Origin: Octopus bimaculoides
Lineage: Eukaryota
Direction of reading: 5' to 3'
DNA length: 64,000 nt
NCBI RefSeq assembly: GCF_001194135.2
Contig: NC_068991.1
Coordinates: 66,031,621-66,095,620, forward strand
Below the pieces are notes generated by a model that saw nothing but the letters and a program-made list of their open reading frames with translations, did not search any database and was not told the DNA's origin. Position 1 is the first letter of the stretch, and each line of letters begins with the position of its first letter. Made by a program: the position numbers and the translations under genes. Below, piece by piece: positions 23,402 to 38,215 of the stretch.

Positions 23402-25773
23402 GCACCAAAATCTTTTAAGCGCTCAGCGCCTCTATGGGTTTTAATTCAGCCCCATTTAACATGTAGAAATACAGTGTTTCTAATCAGGGTAGATTTAGAA
23501 TCAGATGAAATTAGTTCTGGCTGTAGTAGGGACAGTGTGCTGTACCATATATCAAAAGACATTGCTAATATCAATAGTTATAAAGAGTAATCAAGTAGAA
23601 AAAGAGACCGTTTATGGTAGGGTGTGACTGTTTTGAACAAGTGTCAGGTTTTGTGTTAAGGAAATATGAGATCACAACATGCAGGAGAGAACAAGATTAT
23701 TGTTTCCTACCCCACCTCAAACCTTTGTTCTCTATATTACTTTTTTATATCACATTCTTGTGAAACCACCACCCTTCCATCTGATCCACCGACTCTTTCC
23801 CTTTTTGTGCTCTCCTACCCTGAGTTTGCTCTTGCACACCATCACTACCATCTTTCTTTATCTTCATCTCCCTAATTATTACTACTCACTCTTATAATAT
23901 GGAGTAGCCATGTCACTCCTCTATAACAAGACATCTGTTCTTGTGCTTCTATCATACTTTAGCCTCTCAGAACCTGGCATAAAGCTACTTCACTCTTCCC
24001 AAAACCCCTCACTTACGCATGGAAGTTTTCCTTTTTCATGTTCTTTTCTTGTCTAGCAGCTTACTTGGTGACCTCACTAGTACTGGTGGCACACAAAAAA
24101 CAAAAAGGTACTCAATACACACTGTAAGGTGATTGGTGTTTGGCAGGGTATTCAACCATAGAAAATATGCCAAAGCTGACTCTGGAGCTCAGTGCAGCCC
24201 TGCAGCTTGCCAGATCTTGTCAAACCATTTGACTCTGCCAACATGGAAAATAGACATCAAATCAGTGTTTCCCAACCAATTATTTTTATTATCTATAAAC
24301 CCCTTTAATTACTATTCTATTTTGGTGAATCTCCATAGCCATTCAATGTTTAAAATCTAGTTTTATACATACCTCTTTCAAAATTCCTATTTTGTTTTTC
24401 ACACATTAGTTTGAACTATGTAAAATGCTTCCTGTCCATACTGACTCATCAGGGGAATCCAGTTAGTACCTGTCAGACAGCTGTAAGTTTCTGATCAGAT
24501 TTTAGAGGCTTTTGTACCCATTTCTGCTATGTGCTGGCTCTACACAGTCCGTCCATGTATCCAAAACACTATTCCAGTCCCAGACCAGTTACATTACCCC
24601 AGTGCTCAACTGGTACTTATTTTAACAACCACAGAAGGATGAAAGACAAAGTTGACCTCAGCAAAGGTCAGCATTATCTTCCAACTTTGAACACAGCATT
24701 GTCAGCTGGAAGAAATGCACCTAAGTATTTCATTTGGCACGTCCTACTGATTCTGCCAGGTCACCACCTTGTCCTCAATAATAATAATAACAATAATCAA
24801 TTTAGCTTTTCAAATATTTAAACAAATGGTCAATAATATTTGTGTGTAATCTTTTTAGGTAATTAAATGTATCTGCATATAAAATACTAAAATCAATAAT
24901 TTTGTTATTATATGTGTAATATTTTAGGTCAGTAATATCTGTGTGTGTATATGTGTTTGTGTATGTACATGTGGGGTATTTTAGGTTAGTAGAACCTCAA
25001 GGTGCTACCAACAGCACAATTACCGTGTTTACAATGAAAATCTATACTTCACTATTTTCTAGCCAAAAATGAGTTTCACATACAATAACTTTGTTTGCTT
25101 TTTAATGCTTCCATCAGGAAGAAGCAGGTTGTGCATGATCGCCTATCGGTCGTCCTCCTCATTCTAAACCAGTTGGAGAAATTTCACCTCTTACACTGCA
25201 TGTGCTTTGTGAAAGGCATGGATATGGACATTACTGTCTTGAGGGCTGGGACTTAGAAGGCCACTTACCCAGTTTGCATAGTGTATAAGGGATCGAGATT
25301 ATAGCATTCCCCCCTCAACATGACACCAGTCCGTTGCAAGTTTATCCATTTGCACATGAGTAGATGGGAACAACATGAAATGAAGTGTTTTGTTCAAGAA
25401 CACAATGCATTATTTGGACCAGGAATTGAAAGCCCAATTTCAAGATTGAGAGTGCTACACCCTACACCTTAACCACCAGACCACATGTATAAATCTCACA
25501 CAATCTCTCTTTATTATTTCACTACAAAAAGGCAGCAAGTTGGCAGAATCCATTATTTGCCAGACAAAATGCTTTGTGGAATTTCTTCTGACTTCGCAAT
25601 CCGAGTTCAAATTCTACCAAAATCAACTTTGCTTTCCATCTTTTCAAGGTCGATAAAATAAGTACCAGTTGAGCACTGGAGTCAATATAATTGACTGGCC
25701 CCAACCCTGTGAAATTTCAGGCATTGTGCATATAGGAGAAAGTACTATTTCACTACAAATTTCTTGCATTATT

Positions 25774-26321
25774 CGGTACTTCTTCGGAATTCCCCACCCT
25801 ATAGCTTTTGAACCAGTTATTTTTTTTTGTATTTTTTCAGATTCATATGTTTTCAATATTGGAGATCACGATTTAGCAAATTTTTTTTAAAATTTCAATC
25901 CCTCCCAATGTATTTGCTTTGTTTACAATTGACATGCTGTCATGCACAAAATGACAGCTTCCAAATCCTATTTCCTGATTGGGTGAAAATGATCAAACTT
26001 TAAACATCTATAATTTTTTAAAAATTCAAGCTAAATTTGCTGGAGTTGTTTCACTCCTTCCAGAAAGATGTTTTTAATAAGTTACAGAGGTTTAAAATTT
26101 GATAATTTTCACCCAATTAGGAAACAGGCTTTGGAAGCTGTCATTGTGTGTGACAGCACATCTTATCAAGTGAAAACAAAGCAAATAAATTGATGGGGAT
26201 TGAAATTTTAAAAAAATATTTTTTTGCTAAATTGTAATCTCTGATGTCGAAAACCTATGAATCTAAAGAAAAATACTGGTTCAAAAGTTATTAGGTGGGG
26301 GCGAATTCCAAAGAAGTACCC
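25774..26321. mobile_element. Fold-back MITE, ~225-bp arms, (C/G)GGTACTT termini, ATTATT direct flanks
   Basis: Long inverted arms seen directly; ATTATT at 25768-25773 and 26322-26327. Confidence 0.85.
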
Positions 26322-28342
26322 ATTATTTTCATCAATGAAATCAATATTCATTTCTAATCTAGGCACAAGGCCCGAAATTTTAGGGGAAGGGGCCAGTCGA
26401 TTAGATCGACCCAGTACACAACTGGTACTTAATTTATCGACCCCGAAAGGATGAAATGCAATGTTGACCTAGGCAGAATTTGAACTCAGAAGATAAAGAC
26501 AGACGAAATACTGGTAAGCAATTCGCCCAGCATACTTCTTTTACTTGTTTCAGTCATTTGACTGCGGCCATGCTGGAGCACTGCCTTTAGTTGAACAAAT
26601 CAACCCTAGGACTTATTCTTTGTAAGCCTAGTACTTATTCTATCGCTCTCTTTTGCCGAAATGCTAAGTTACGGGGACATAAACACACCAGCATCGGTTG
26701 TCAAGCGATGGTCGGGGGACGAACAGACACAAACACATACATATATATATACATGACAGGCTTCTTTCAGTTTCCATCTACCAAATCCACTCACAAGGCT
26801 TTGGTTGGCCCTATAGTAGAAGACACTTGCCCAAGGTGCCATGCTGTGGGACTGAATCCGGAACCATGTGGTTGGTAAACAAGCTACGTTCCTGCCAGAT
26901 CACTGCATGTGGCCCCTCGACCTGTTAAAAATAACAGCCAAGCTTCACCCAATTGCATTCTACAGTGTGAAAAAATAGGGAAGGGCACATTGGGTAATGT
27001 AGTCCACTAGGCACACTATGCTTGTCTTTTATCTTTTACTTGTTTCAGTCTTTGGATTGTGGCCAGACTGGGACACCACCTCGAAGGGTTTTAGCAAACA
27101 AATCAACCCCAGGAATTGTATTTTTTTTTTTTAAATCTGGTACTTATTCTAATCTTGTCTTTTGCTGAGCCTCTAAATTATGAAGTTAACAAATAAGCAT
27201 TACTTTTGACAGGTTAATGTGAATGCCAGTTAAATCATTTTTGAGAAAGGAAAAACTGTATGCCTAGAACTATGTTATGCAATGTCTGAAAAAAAAAAAA
27301 AAAAAAAAAAGGCTGGCTGGCCACAACTGGATTCCCTCAGATCATGAGTCTCCTCAATCAAGCTAATCAGTAAACGGTTTTGGTCTGAGGTGACACTTAG
27401 GCTACAAATTGTTAGTTATTGCCTGACTACACACATGCGCATGCACGCTGTCACACACACATTTCTTTCATTTTTTATGAGCTTCAGTCAATGGACTGTG
27501 GCTTTGCTGAAGCACTGCCTGGGAACTGCTTCCCATACTTATTTTTTTTAGAGTTTGGTAATTTTCCTTTTTCGCTGAACCACAAAATTACAGGAACAAA
27601 CACAAACACAAACACACACACGAAATATATATGTATATATACACACACACACATGGCAGGCTTCCACATAGTTTCCACCAACCAGATCCACTCACAAGGC
27701 AGTGGTTGGTCTGGAGCTATAGCAGAAGACACTTGCCCAAGGTGTTGCACTGTGGGATTGAACCTGAAACCTCATGGTTGCAAAGCAACCTTCATAACCA
27801 TACAGCCATGCCTGTACTTATATCATTTCTACTTTTACTTATCTCAGTCAGACTGCGACCATGCTGGAGCACCACCTTATATAAATCTTCCTCATTTTAA
27901 CGTCTACTTTTCCACGCTAGCATGGAGCAAATGAAACAAAGTAGGGGTAGTGCTTTCCATGGTCAAAATATCCTTCCTGGTACCAACCCTCATCTGTTTC
28001 TAAACAAGGCAAAAAAAAAAAAAAGACTGTGGTTTATCGAACAATGGACAGTTTGGACATGATCACTGGGAGAACTGGAAATAAATGAGTCTTCATGAGT
28101 TGTTTTGTTTTTCTTTCAAAGATTGTACAACATGTCATGGCATGTCAAGAAGCCCAGACATGTAAAGCAAATGACATTGTCTGTATGAACAGAGAGGCTT
28201 TTGTTTATAACCAACACACACACACACACACATTAAAATGAGGGGAAATATGAACTCAGACATTCACACACAGACATGTGTATATATATATAAATACACA
28301 TGTATACATATATATATATATATAATATACACATTTGTACAC

Positions 28343-28373
<31 letters not shown>

Positions 28374-29261
28374 TATATATATATATACACATAAACATAT
28401 GTACATGTATATATATATGAATACAATGTTCTTTTACTTGTTTTAGTCATTTGACTGCAGCCATGCTGGAGCACCACTTTAAAGGGTTTTAGTCTAAGAA
28501 ATCAACCCCAGGACTTATTCTTTGTAAGCCTAGTATGCATTCTATCAGACTCTTTTGCTGAACTGCTAAGTTACAGGGATGTAAACACACCACCATCGGT
28601 TGACAAGCAATGGTGGGGGGACAAACACTCACACACACATGAATAATACATACATACATATTATATATATATATATATATATACATACATACACACGACG
28701 GGCTTCTTTCAGTTTCTGTGTATCAAATCCACTCACAAACCTTTGGTTAGATGGAGGCTATAGTATAAACATTTGCCCAAGGTGCTACACAGTGGGACTG
28801 AACCCGGAACCATGTGGTTGGGAAGCAAGCTTCTTACCATACAGCTATGTCTGTGCCTATTAGCCCTAAGTGTGGGTAGTTTATGTCTATTTGCTGGAGC
28901 CCATCAGCTATATAAAGAGAAATCTTCCTTGAACCCTACTTTTTCCAGCTCTACCTACATCTATTTTTAAGGCACCCTTTCTTATCATCATCATTTAATG
29001 TCTGCTGTACATGCTGACATGGGGTGCAGGTTTGACCAGGGCTGGCAAGGTGGAAGGCTGCACCAAACTCCTGTCTGATTTGGCATGGTTTCTACAGCTG
29101 GATACCCTTCCCAATGCCAACCAGTCAGAGTATAATGGGTGCTTTTATGTTCCACTGGCTCAGGTGCCATTTGCGTGACACCGGCATCTGCCACAACTAC
29201 AATTTTACTTGGCTTGATGGGTTTTCTCATTGTGTGTGTGTATATATATATATATATGCAC

Positions 29262-30115
29262 ACACAATGTGTCTAAAAAAAAAAGTGTATACACACTTTA
29301 AGAGCTGATAACTCAATTTTCATTTCTTTTTTAGATTAGAAATGATGAAGAGAGCCAGACTAAGCTTTGAAGAAAAGAAACTTATCTTAGAATGCCACTG
29401 GGAGTTGGAAAATACAGTCAAAGTGCAAAGATTGTTTATGGGGGAATTTCAAAGAGATCCACCTATGCAACATACCATCGATTGAAATAAGAAATAAATT
29501 TTGAAGTAGACAAAACTCTTCAAAATATTTACAAGAAATGTTCTGAAAAACTGTTGACATCAATTGAGCCCCACAAAGCAAGAAAGGCTACTAGAAACAT
29601 ACAGCTAGAGTTGAATAAAATCTGTGTGACTAATGAATTGTGACATAGAAGTTTCAAAATTAAGCATCCATCACCTTTGGATGCATTGTTATTGGAAAAG
29701 TTATATTCCAAGAATAATCCATGCTCTCAATGAAGATGATCCAGACTGAACAGTGGTGTCATGCAAGTGGTACTTGGTAAGATGTGCAGAAGATGCACAC
29801 TTTCCAACAAAGATTATTTGGAGTGATGAGGCTACATTTAAATTAAATGGCTCAGATAAGCACCACTATTGCACTTGCTGGAGAACTGAGAATCCACATA
29901 CTGCGAAGGGACAGCATATTAATTTATCAGGAATTACAGTATGATGCAGGTTGTCATTAAAATGATTAATTTGACCGTTCTTTTTTGACAGTACTGTTAC
30001 TGGTCCCATTTACTTGTATTTGATGCCAGAACTGGTCATGCAAAACATTCAAGAAGACTTTGAAGATGTGCAGTTTTATTTCTAGAAAGATGGGGCCCTT
30101 CCACCTACCATAGTA
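29262..30115 (+). mobile_element. Tc1/mariner-superfamily transposase remnant (DUF4817-type N-terminus, rosa/DD41D-like)
   Basis: Fragments [56 protein letters not shown] and a DGALP-type second-D motif; many frameshifts; family assignment is from memory. Confidence 0.7.
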
Positions 30116-30619
30116 AAGTAAGGGCCGAGCCACAAAGTTACAGGGATGTAAACACACCAACACCAGTTGTCAAGCAGTGGTGAGGGACAAACACAGACAC
30201 AAAGAGACACACACACATATGACGGACTTCTTTCAGTCTCTGTCTACCAAATCACTCACAAGGCTTTGGTTGGCCAGAGGTTATAACATGTTTGTCCAAG
30301 GTTGCACACACTGGGACTGAATCCAGAACCCCTTGGTTAGAGAGCAAACTTCTTAACACACAGCCACACCAGTGCATAACATACACCCCCAAAAAAAATA
30401 AAAACATGCTTCAGTGAAATGTACATAATTAAAAGGTGGAGTAAGAAGCAAAATCTTTAAGAGCAAAGCAGAAAGGAAAGGATATTGTAGGCTAGCCAAA
30501 TGGCCACACTGAGACATTATGGACAAAGGAAAAGAATGACTGGCAAGCTTCTTAGCCACCACAACCACACCCGCACTTACTGTCCCATCAAATAAAAAAC
30601 AAACTCTGTGGAAATAGTT

Positions 30620-30646
30620 TTTATTTTTATGTTTATTTCATTTATT
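30620..30646 (-). terminator. Probable CLASRP poly(A) signal cluster (3 x AATAAA)
   Basis: TTTATT at 30620, 30632 and 30641 on +, followed downstream on - by a GU/U-rich tract (gagtttgttttttatttg); ~350 nt after the stop. Confidence 0.55.
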
Positions 30647-30896
30647 TAAATTTTTTCCCATTGAAAAATGTAAAGGAAAAAAAAGAGCAATATTTAAGTT
30701 GCTTGTCAATTGCAATCTGGTCCACTTAGTATTAAGTTATTTTGGCCACAACCATCAGACGTCCTGTTATTCTTCTTGGTTACATGTCCACAAAACAACT
30801 AAAATATCTTAGTCTCCATGTTGAAGACTTTGAAAGAATAGCTTTAGTCAAACTGTGAAAGTGATATTGTTTACAAGGAACTTAGGACTGTGTGTG

Positions 30897-30944
<48 letters not shown>

Positions 30945-30979
30945 TGCTTGTCACATTGTAGGTTTCTTCCTCCCTCTTC

Positions 30980-31058
30980 TTAGTAGTCAACAAGTCCCCT
31001 GTCTCTGGATACAGAACGAGACTTAGATCTGGAGCGTCGGGGTGACCAGGACCGAGAC
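30980..31058 (-). CDS. CLASRP: CLASRP last coding exon (SRSWSPRRSRSKSRSVSRDRGLVDY*)
   Basis: atttctttcaag acceptor in phase 2, RS tail, TAA stop at 30980-30982. Confidence 0.88.
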
Positions 31059-34000
31059 CTTGAAAGAAATAACACACAATATGGAGATGCAGAATTAAAA
31101 TGAGAAAGAAAAAAAACAACAACATGGAACTTAAAAACCTGAATCTCAATATAGTTATAATCTGATACCAAGCAGCACTTATTTTCTAGCAAAGAATCAT
31201 GTGCTGGTGTGTAAATGTTTCAACTGATTTAGTTACAATAATAGCTTAACGTTCACATAAACCAAGGAATGGTATAGAAAAGCCCCACCAAATACTAGAA
31301 TATATTTGTCTTTATTCTAGCTTAGACAATTTATTTTGTCCCATTTTGAAGCAGACTGCATATGATCATATAACTTATCTTTTTGCAATGCCATTTTCTC
31401 AAATCACATCACCAGGCTAACGTTTACAATCTAGCTTCTTGCCCTGACATGTCACAGGTTTTCTGTTTTCACTCAATGTCTTCTTTCACTTTTTAGTTTT
31501 AGAGTTCTTTAGAGCTCAAAACAAGTTGAAGTTCTCCAAGACTATGCTATCAAAATAACAAAACTACCTGCAATGGGTGTGGCCATAAGTCTAGAAGTTC
31601 ATTCTATAAATTGCACATTACACAATAGGACATAGACTTCACTATTATCTAATCTTGAGAGTCACAACTCATATTTTTTGTATTTACTAGTTGCACTGAC
31701 TATATTGTACGTGAGAGATAAGTCAAAATGTCCTTCAAATTTCACTCAACTTTTTTTTAAAATGGATGAATATACCAAATAAGATTGCTCTAGATATAAT
31801 GCTCCAGTAAAGAAGCTGGAATAATCATGGAGAATGTTAGTTCAAAGATAAAGATTCAACAAAACAGAACAGAACAGCAACTGATACAAAGAGTAGGTAG
31901 GTCTGTTGTGAACGCTAAGTACTCATGACTGGATGGGATGCCAGTCCATCTCAAGGTTAGCTTCCCAGCAATTGCTGGAACTCATTTGTAAGTGAGTGGA
32001 CTGGAACAATGTGAAATGATGTGTTCTGCTCAAAAATACTACGCATCACCTAACCCCAAGTATCAAAACCACATGCCTTCCACTCAAGATGAGTACAAAT
32101 AAAGGTAAGTTTATATTCAATATATCTACCTTCTTGAGTAGTGATCAGGTGATCTTGAGTAGCTCCAGTTATCACTTTCTGAAGAACTACTGTACTTCTG
32201 TGAGTGACGATCTCTTTCCATCTCCTCCAGTTCACGATGCCGTCTTTCTCTCTCACGGCGGCGCATTTCCATAACACGCGACCTCAGCTCATCTTCTCGA
32301 TCCTGACAACATAAAAAGTTAAAACATTCAGCTACCAAAAACCCAACACAGAAACAATAAACTTAACAAAATTAATTATCCATGACAACATGTATAAACT
32401 GTCCCAAATGACAAAATTGTATCACTGTAAAGACTACATGAAGATGGTTGTGGCCAGACTGTTTTATTGATGGCCTTCCTGTTGTCTAGAATAATATTAC
32501 TAGTAACATGGAATTAAGTTATAAGGACAGATTGTAGCATGGCACACCTGTCCCAATCTATCTATGTCTATGGATAAAAAGGCTATAAAAATACTGAACA
32601 TTCTTCTAGGGACTAAGGTCTGGGATCTCTGATAATGGTAGGATGCATTCTTCAATGGCTTTGATTAATTAATACAATCCCAGCAATTTATTTTATTCTG
32701 AGACTCATTTCACTGGTCTCTATTTGCCAAAGTGCTATGTTACAGGACAGAAATCTACTAACATAAACTACATTGGTTTTTACAGTATAGACATACACGC
32801 ACACAGATGATGTGCTTTGGGAAAGTTTCCATAGACCAAATTCCAATGCTACCATATTGGTCAATCCAAAGCTGTAGTAGAACATTCTTTGCCAAATGTG
32901 CCACTATGTTCAAGTTTGATTACTTTTATTTTTATTTTTTAATCATATTTTCTTATTAGATGATGACGACAACTGCCACTGCCACCATCTCCATCATCAT
33001 CATCATCATTTAACATCCACTTTTCCGTGCTTGCATGGGTCAGACAGAATTTGTTAAGGCAGATTTTTCTACAGCTGGATGCTCTTCTTGCTGCCAACCC
33101 TCGCCTGTTTCCAAGTAAGGTAATATTTTCTCATGACCAGAAAGATGATTGGAAACAAAGAGAACGGCTTGCATGATGGTGACACTTGTTTACAACTATC
33201 ATGTCAAGAGAAGGAGACAATAACAAACACACAAACACATACATATATAATAGATTCCTTTCAGCTTTTGCCTACCAAATCCACTCACATGAAGCTTTGA
33301 CCAGCTTGGGTCTATGGTAGAAAACAATTTCCCAAGGTGTCACAGTGGGACTGAACCCAAAGCTATGCGGTTGGGAAGTAAACTTCTTACCAAACTGCTA
33401 CATTTGCACCAAAGATGGTGGTGGGGATCAAAAATGATAATATTCTAATGCAGAGACAATATAGTAGAAGGAAGAGCAGCAAGGCATGTAGTCTTGTCTA
33501 CTAAAATATTAATAAAACAAGCGACTTTAAACCATCACTCAAGTGTTTACACTGCACTTTGTCAATGAGACAATGAGACCAAACGTTTTAGAAATGGCAC
33601 CAGACTGAAGAAACTTCAAACTGACCTGTCTTTCTTGTTCTACACGTTCTTGTTTCTGTATTTCAGCCCTTTTGTCTGCTTTGTCTGAAATAAATCATGT
33701 CAGCTATAACGGAAATTTACAGGCAAAATGACCAGTAGATAAGGTACTGGGCCACCTCATCATGGTTTGTGGGTTTTTTTCCCTGCTGCAGGAGTTTTAC
33801 AAATGCACAGAGCAAAATAGCTCCATACGGCTCAGCTCAGCTGGCTGTGAAGGACCAAGACCCCAAATCTTTAAGGATTAGATAAACTGTCAGAGGAAAG
33901 GATACCTGTCCTTTATATGGAGACCAAAGATATACATTAGTTTTACAAATCTCTGAGAAGTTGCAATCACCCCACAAACAATGACACTAAATATCAATGG

Positions 34001-34937
34001 CTTCAAATTTTGGGAAAGAAATTATTTTATTGATTCTTTAAAGGTACATGGCTCAGTGGTTAGAGCATCAAGCTCACAATAATGAGGTAGTGAGTTTGAT
34101 TCCCAGACCAGGTTATGTTGTGTTCATGAGCAAAACATTTCACATTGCACCAGTTCACTCAGCTGTAAAAATGAGCAGTGATGGTCCTGGTGTTAAGCTG
34201 TATCGGCTCCTTTGCCTTTCCCTTGGATAACATCAGTGACATGGAGATGGGAGGCTGGTATGCATGGGTCACTGTTGGTCTTCCATAAACAACCTTGCTT
34301 GGACTCGTACCTCAGAGGGAAATTTTCTAGGTGCAGTCCCATGGTCATTCATGACTGAAACGGGTCTTTACCATTTTTTAAGGAAGAAAGGCAAAATCAA
34401 ACTCAGTGTGACTTGAACAGAGACCCTAAAGAACTACAAGAAAGGCCACTAAGCATTATGTCCAGCATGCTAACAATTCTGCCAACTAATAGCACAATAG
34501 AGATTAACAGCTTAGAAAATTAAACTGTTGCAGGGGATAATGAATTTCATTTGAAACTTGTTAGTTATTGAAGAAAGTGAACCAGCTTCATAAGATCTGA
34601 GAATAGATCGGACGAATTAAAGTACAAATAATGTTATGTGAGAAAATTTTAACACAATATATAGAAAATAATTAAGGGAATTCACTACATATGAGTAATT
34701 CAGAGATCAATCCCCAAGAAATTAAATCAAAAGATATTTGTGTATATGTTGCTTGTGCATGTGTGCATATTGTTTTGTAGGTGTGTGTGTGTGTGTGTGT
34801 CTGTATGTGTGCATGTGGTATTTGTGAGCATGTATGTGTGCTGTTTTTGTCAAAGCAAATGTGACATGGATACATACTGTTCCTGCATACATGCATGAAT
34901 ATTTTGTGTAGACATGAAGTTTGAGAGAGAGAGAGAG

Positions 34938-35013
<76 letters not shown>

Positions 35014-35319
35014 AAAGAGAGAGAGAGAGAGATAGAGAGTGTGCGCATTGATATGCATGTGCTGTAGGCGGGATTTCTACAGTGAGGTAAAAACTCCAAA
35101 GTAACGTCTGATAGAAATTTAACTTACACTGCCTGTTTAAGGCGGCTTGCATCCTCCGACGTAATCTTTCTTTTGGTGTCAAAGTTGAGCCAGTCGCCTG
35201 AAAGAAGAAACACAGTAGGGAGTTGTTGCCTGACATTATATTCAAAGTACAATTGATANNNNNNNNNNNNNNNNNNNNNNNNNNNNNNNNNNNNNNNNNN
35301 NNNNNNNNNNNNNNNNNNN

Positions 35320-35363
<44 letters not shown>

Positions 35364-37402
35364 ATCAACAAGTATATTATATATAGATATACATAATATC
35401 TTTTTTGGAAAAGAAGTAACAGTTGGTAACAGGGAAGGCATCTGGGGGTCGAAAATTACCTCAATAATTTTTGCCCAACCCATGACAGTAAAGAAAAAGG
35501 ATGTGTTTTACACATGCACACATATAGATATGCAAACATACATACTCAGACATGAAGGTATGGTTGTGTGGCTATCAAGTTTGCTTCAACCAAATGGTTT
35601 TGGGTTTAGTTCCACTGCATGGCACATTGGGGCAAATGTCTTCTACTCCGGCTCAAGTGTCTTCTACTCACAATGCCTTGTGAGTGGAATAGGTAGACAA
35701 AGTATGGAAACCTAACATATGCATGCACACTCTATATAAATGCGTTTGACTATTTTTCAATATATTCCTAAGTATTTTGTTCTGCTGATGAGAATGTCGG
35801 CCAATAGCTGTGTTGGTGACAGCCTATTGGGGGCAAGAACTTAGATGACCTCTTCTCTTCAGGCAACCAGACGATCTATCCTTTAATGATGCAGGGTGCG
35901 ATGGGTAAATTGTCACCATTTTATATTTTTCATTTCATGCATGCATATTGTTTGCTTTTGATTTTGCTGACTACACAGTCAGTAGGGTAAATTGGGTACC
36001 GTCAGTGAGAAAAACAGCACCATGACGCAATTCACTGTCAGGGATTTGGAAATGTCATGTTGTACTGCTTGGCATTTTCACTAGAAGCTCCAATATGAAC
36101 ATGTACCAATAGTGATAAAAAAAAAAATCAAACATCCAGTCAACATCATGGTGTTTGGAGTGATCACTAGTAATGGCGACATTATGCCTCCAGTCATCTT
36201 TCCACATGGCCTCAGACTCAACAGGGAGGCCTACATCAAGTGCCTGGAGGAGGTAGTGTTGCCCTGGGTCAACTGGGTGGCTATTGGAACACCCTATGTC
36301 TGGCAACAGGATTCTGCACCATGCCAGACAAACAGGAGAACCCAATCATGGCTGTCAAACACATCACCCCTAACATCTGGCCATCTAATTCCCCAGACTG
36401 CAACCCCCTTGATTATTATGTGAGGGGCACAGTTGAGCAAGAGATCAACAAAACTCTTTGTAACACCAACGATGAACTGAATGCAAGGATTATGGCAGCA
36501 TTCACCAGCTTAAACAAGGAGACCATCCAGGAGAGTTGCAGGAGATTCTAAAGTCGTCTGGGGGCTGTGGTCGAAGTCAATGGTGATTTAATTGAATAAA
36601 TTCACTCTTTAATATTTCAAGATATTTTTACGTAATTTTGGTAAATATATCTGTTAAAATGAGATGTCAGTGTTATTTTCATTCTTGTATAATTTAGATG
36701 ACAATTCATTCACTACATCCTGTATGTATCAACCTGGGAGAAATTCTTGATTCTTGAGATTGTCTCCCTTTCCCATTTGGAGCTGATCCCAATTCCTACC
36801 AAATGAATGTTCTACCTTCTTGCAACCAGGGATAATTTCAATAAAGAATTTAGCTTGCTTGCTATTTAATAAACCTTTATTCATTTTCATTGTCCACACA
36901 CAAGTCACTGACAAGTCTGACTTATATTTCTGAGCTTATTTTCATTATATGTGTGTGTATGTGTGTAGGTCCAGGCATGGATATATGGTTAAGGAATTCA
37001 CTTCTCAAACACATGGCTTTGAGTCCAACCCCTACTGCATGGCACACCTTGGGTAAGTATCTTCTATTTTAGCCCAAAGTTGACCAATGATTTGCGAATG
37101 AAATGGTAGATGGTAACTGTATGGAAGCCCATCATGTGTGTGTGTATGCATGCACATTAATGTGTAAATGCATACATCCAGCACTTTGCATTGAAAAGCA
37201 CTGAGCTGTAAACAGTGCTGTTCCTTAACAAATTATCATCTGCTTAGTGCTGTGCTTTCAAAGACAAGAGAAATGACAAATCCCCAAGTTCAATAACAAG
37301 TAAGAGTTTATGACAAGTACAGCAGCATCTGGGTATAAAACAGTCCTGCAATATGTATTCACCTAACCCATGCCAGAATGAAAAATGGAAGTAAAACAAA
37401 TT

Positions 37403-37437
<35 letters not shown>

Positions 37438-38150
37438 TGGCTGTTGGGGTTTACCACTGCATGGTACCTGGCACATGCATCTTCTATTGCCTCAGTTGGC
37501 CAATGCCTTACAAGTGAAATTGGAAATTGGTAGATAGAAACTGCATGGAAGCCCCTGCTATCTGTACATGAATGCACTCATTCATTCATTCATACATACA
37601 TCAGTTTAACAACTATTTTTCCTGTTTGCATGGGATAGACGAAATTTTGTTAATAGTTCAGGCATATTTTCTATAGACAAATGCCTTTCCAGTTGCCAAC
37701 CCTCACCTGTTTCCAAGCAAGGTAATATTTCCCATGGTCAGATATGTTTTTCTACAAAAAAACTGGAAACAAAATAACACTTGTATGATGCAACAGCAAG
37801 GGTATGCCACACGCATACACAACGGGCTTCTTCCAATTTTCATCTACTGAATGTTTTCAAAAAGCTATATAGACTACACTTGTCCAAAATGCTAAACAAT
37901 GGGACTGAACCCAAGACAATATGATTAGGAAGTAAGCTTCTCAATTACACAACCATTATTCCTCTATGTCTGTGTGTGTGTGTGTGCATGCACACATGCA
38001 CTGGTGCCACATAAAAAGCACAAGGCACATTCTTGTAAAGTGGTTGGCATTAAGAAGGCTATCCAGCCAAGAGCCTGGTATAGCTCCTGTCAAACCGTCC
38101 AACCCATGCCAGCATGGAAACTGGACATTTTGATGATATATGTGTGTGTG

Positions 38151-38215
<65 letters not shown>

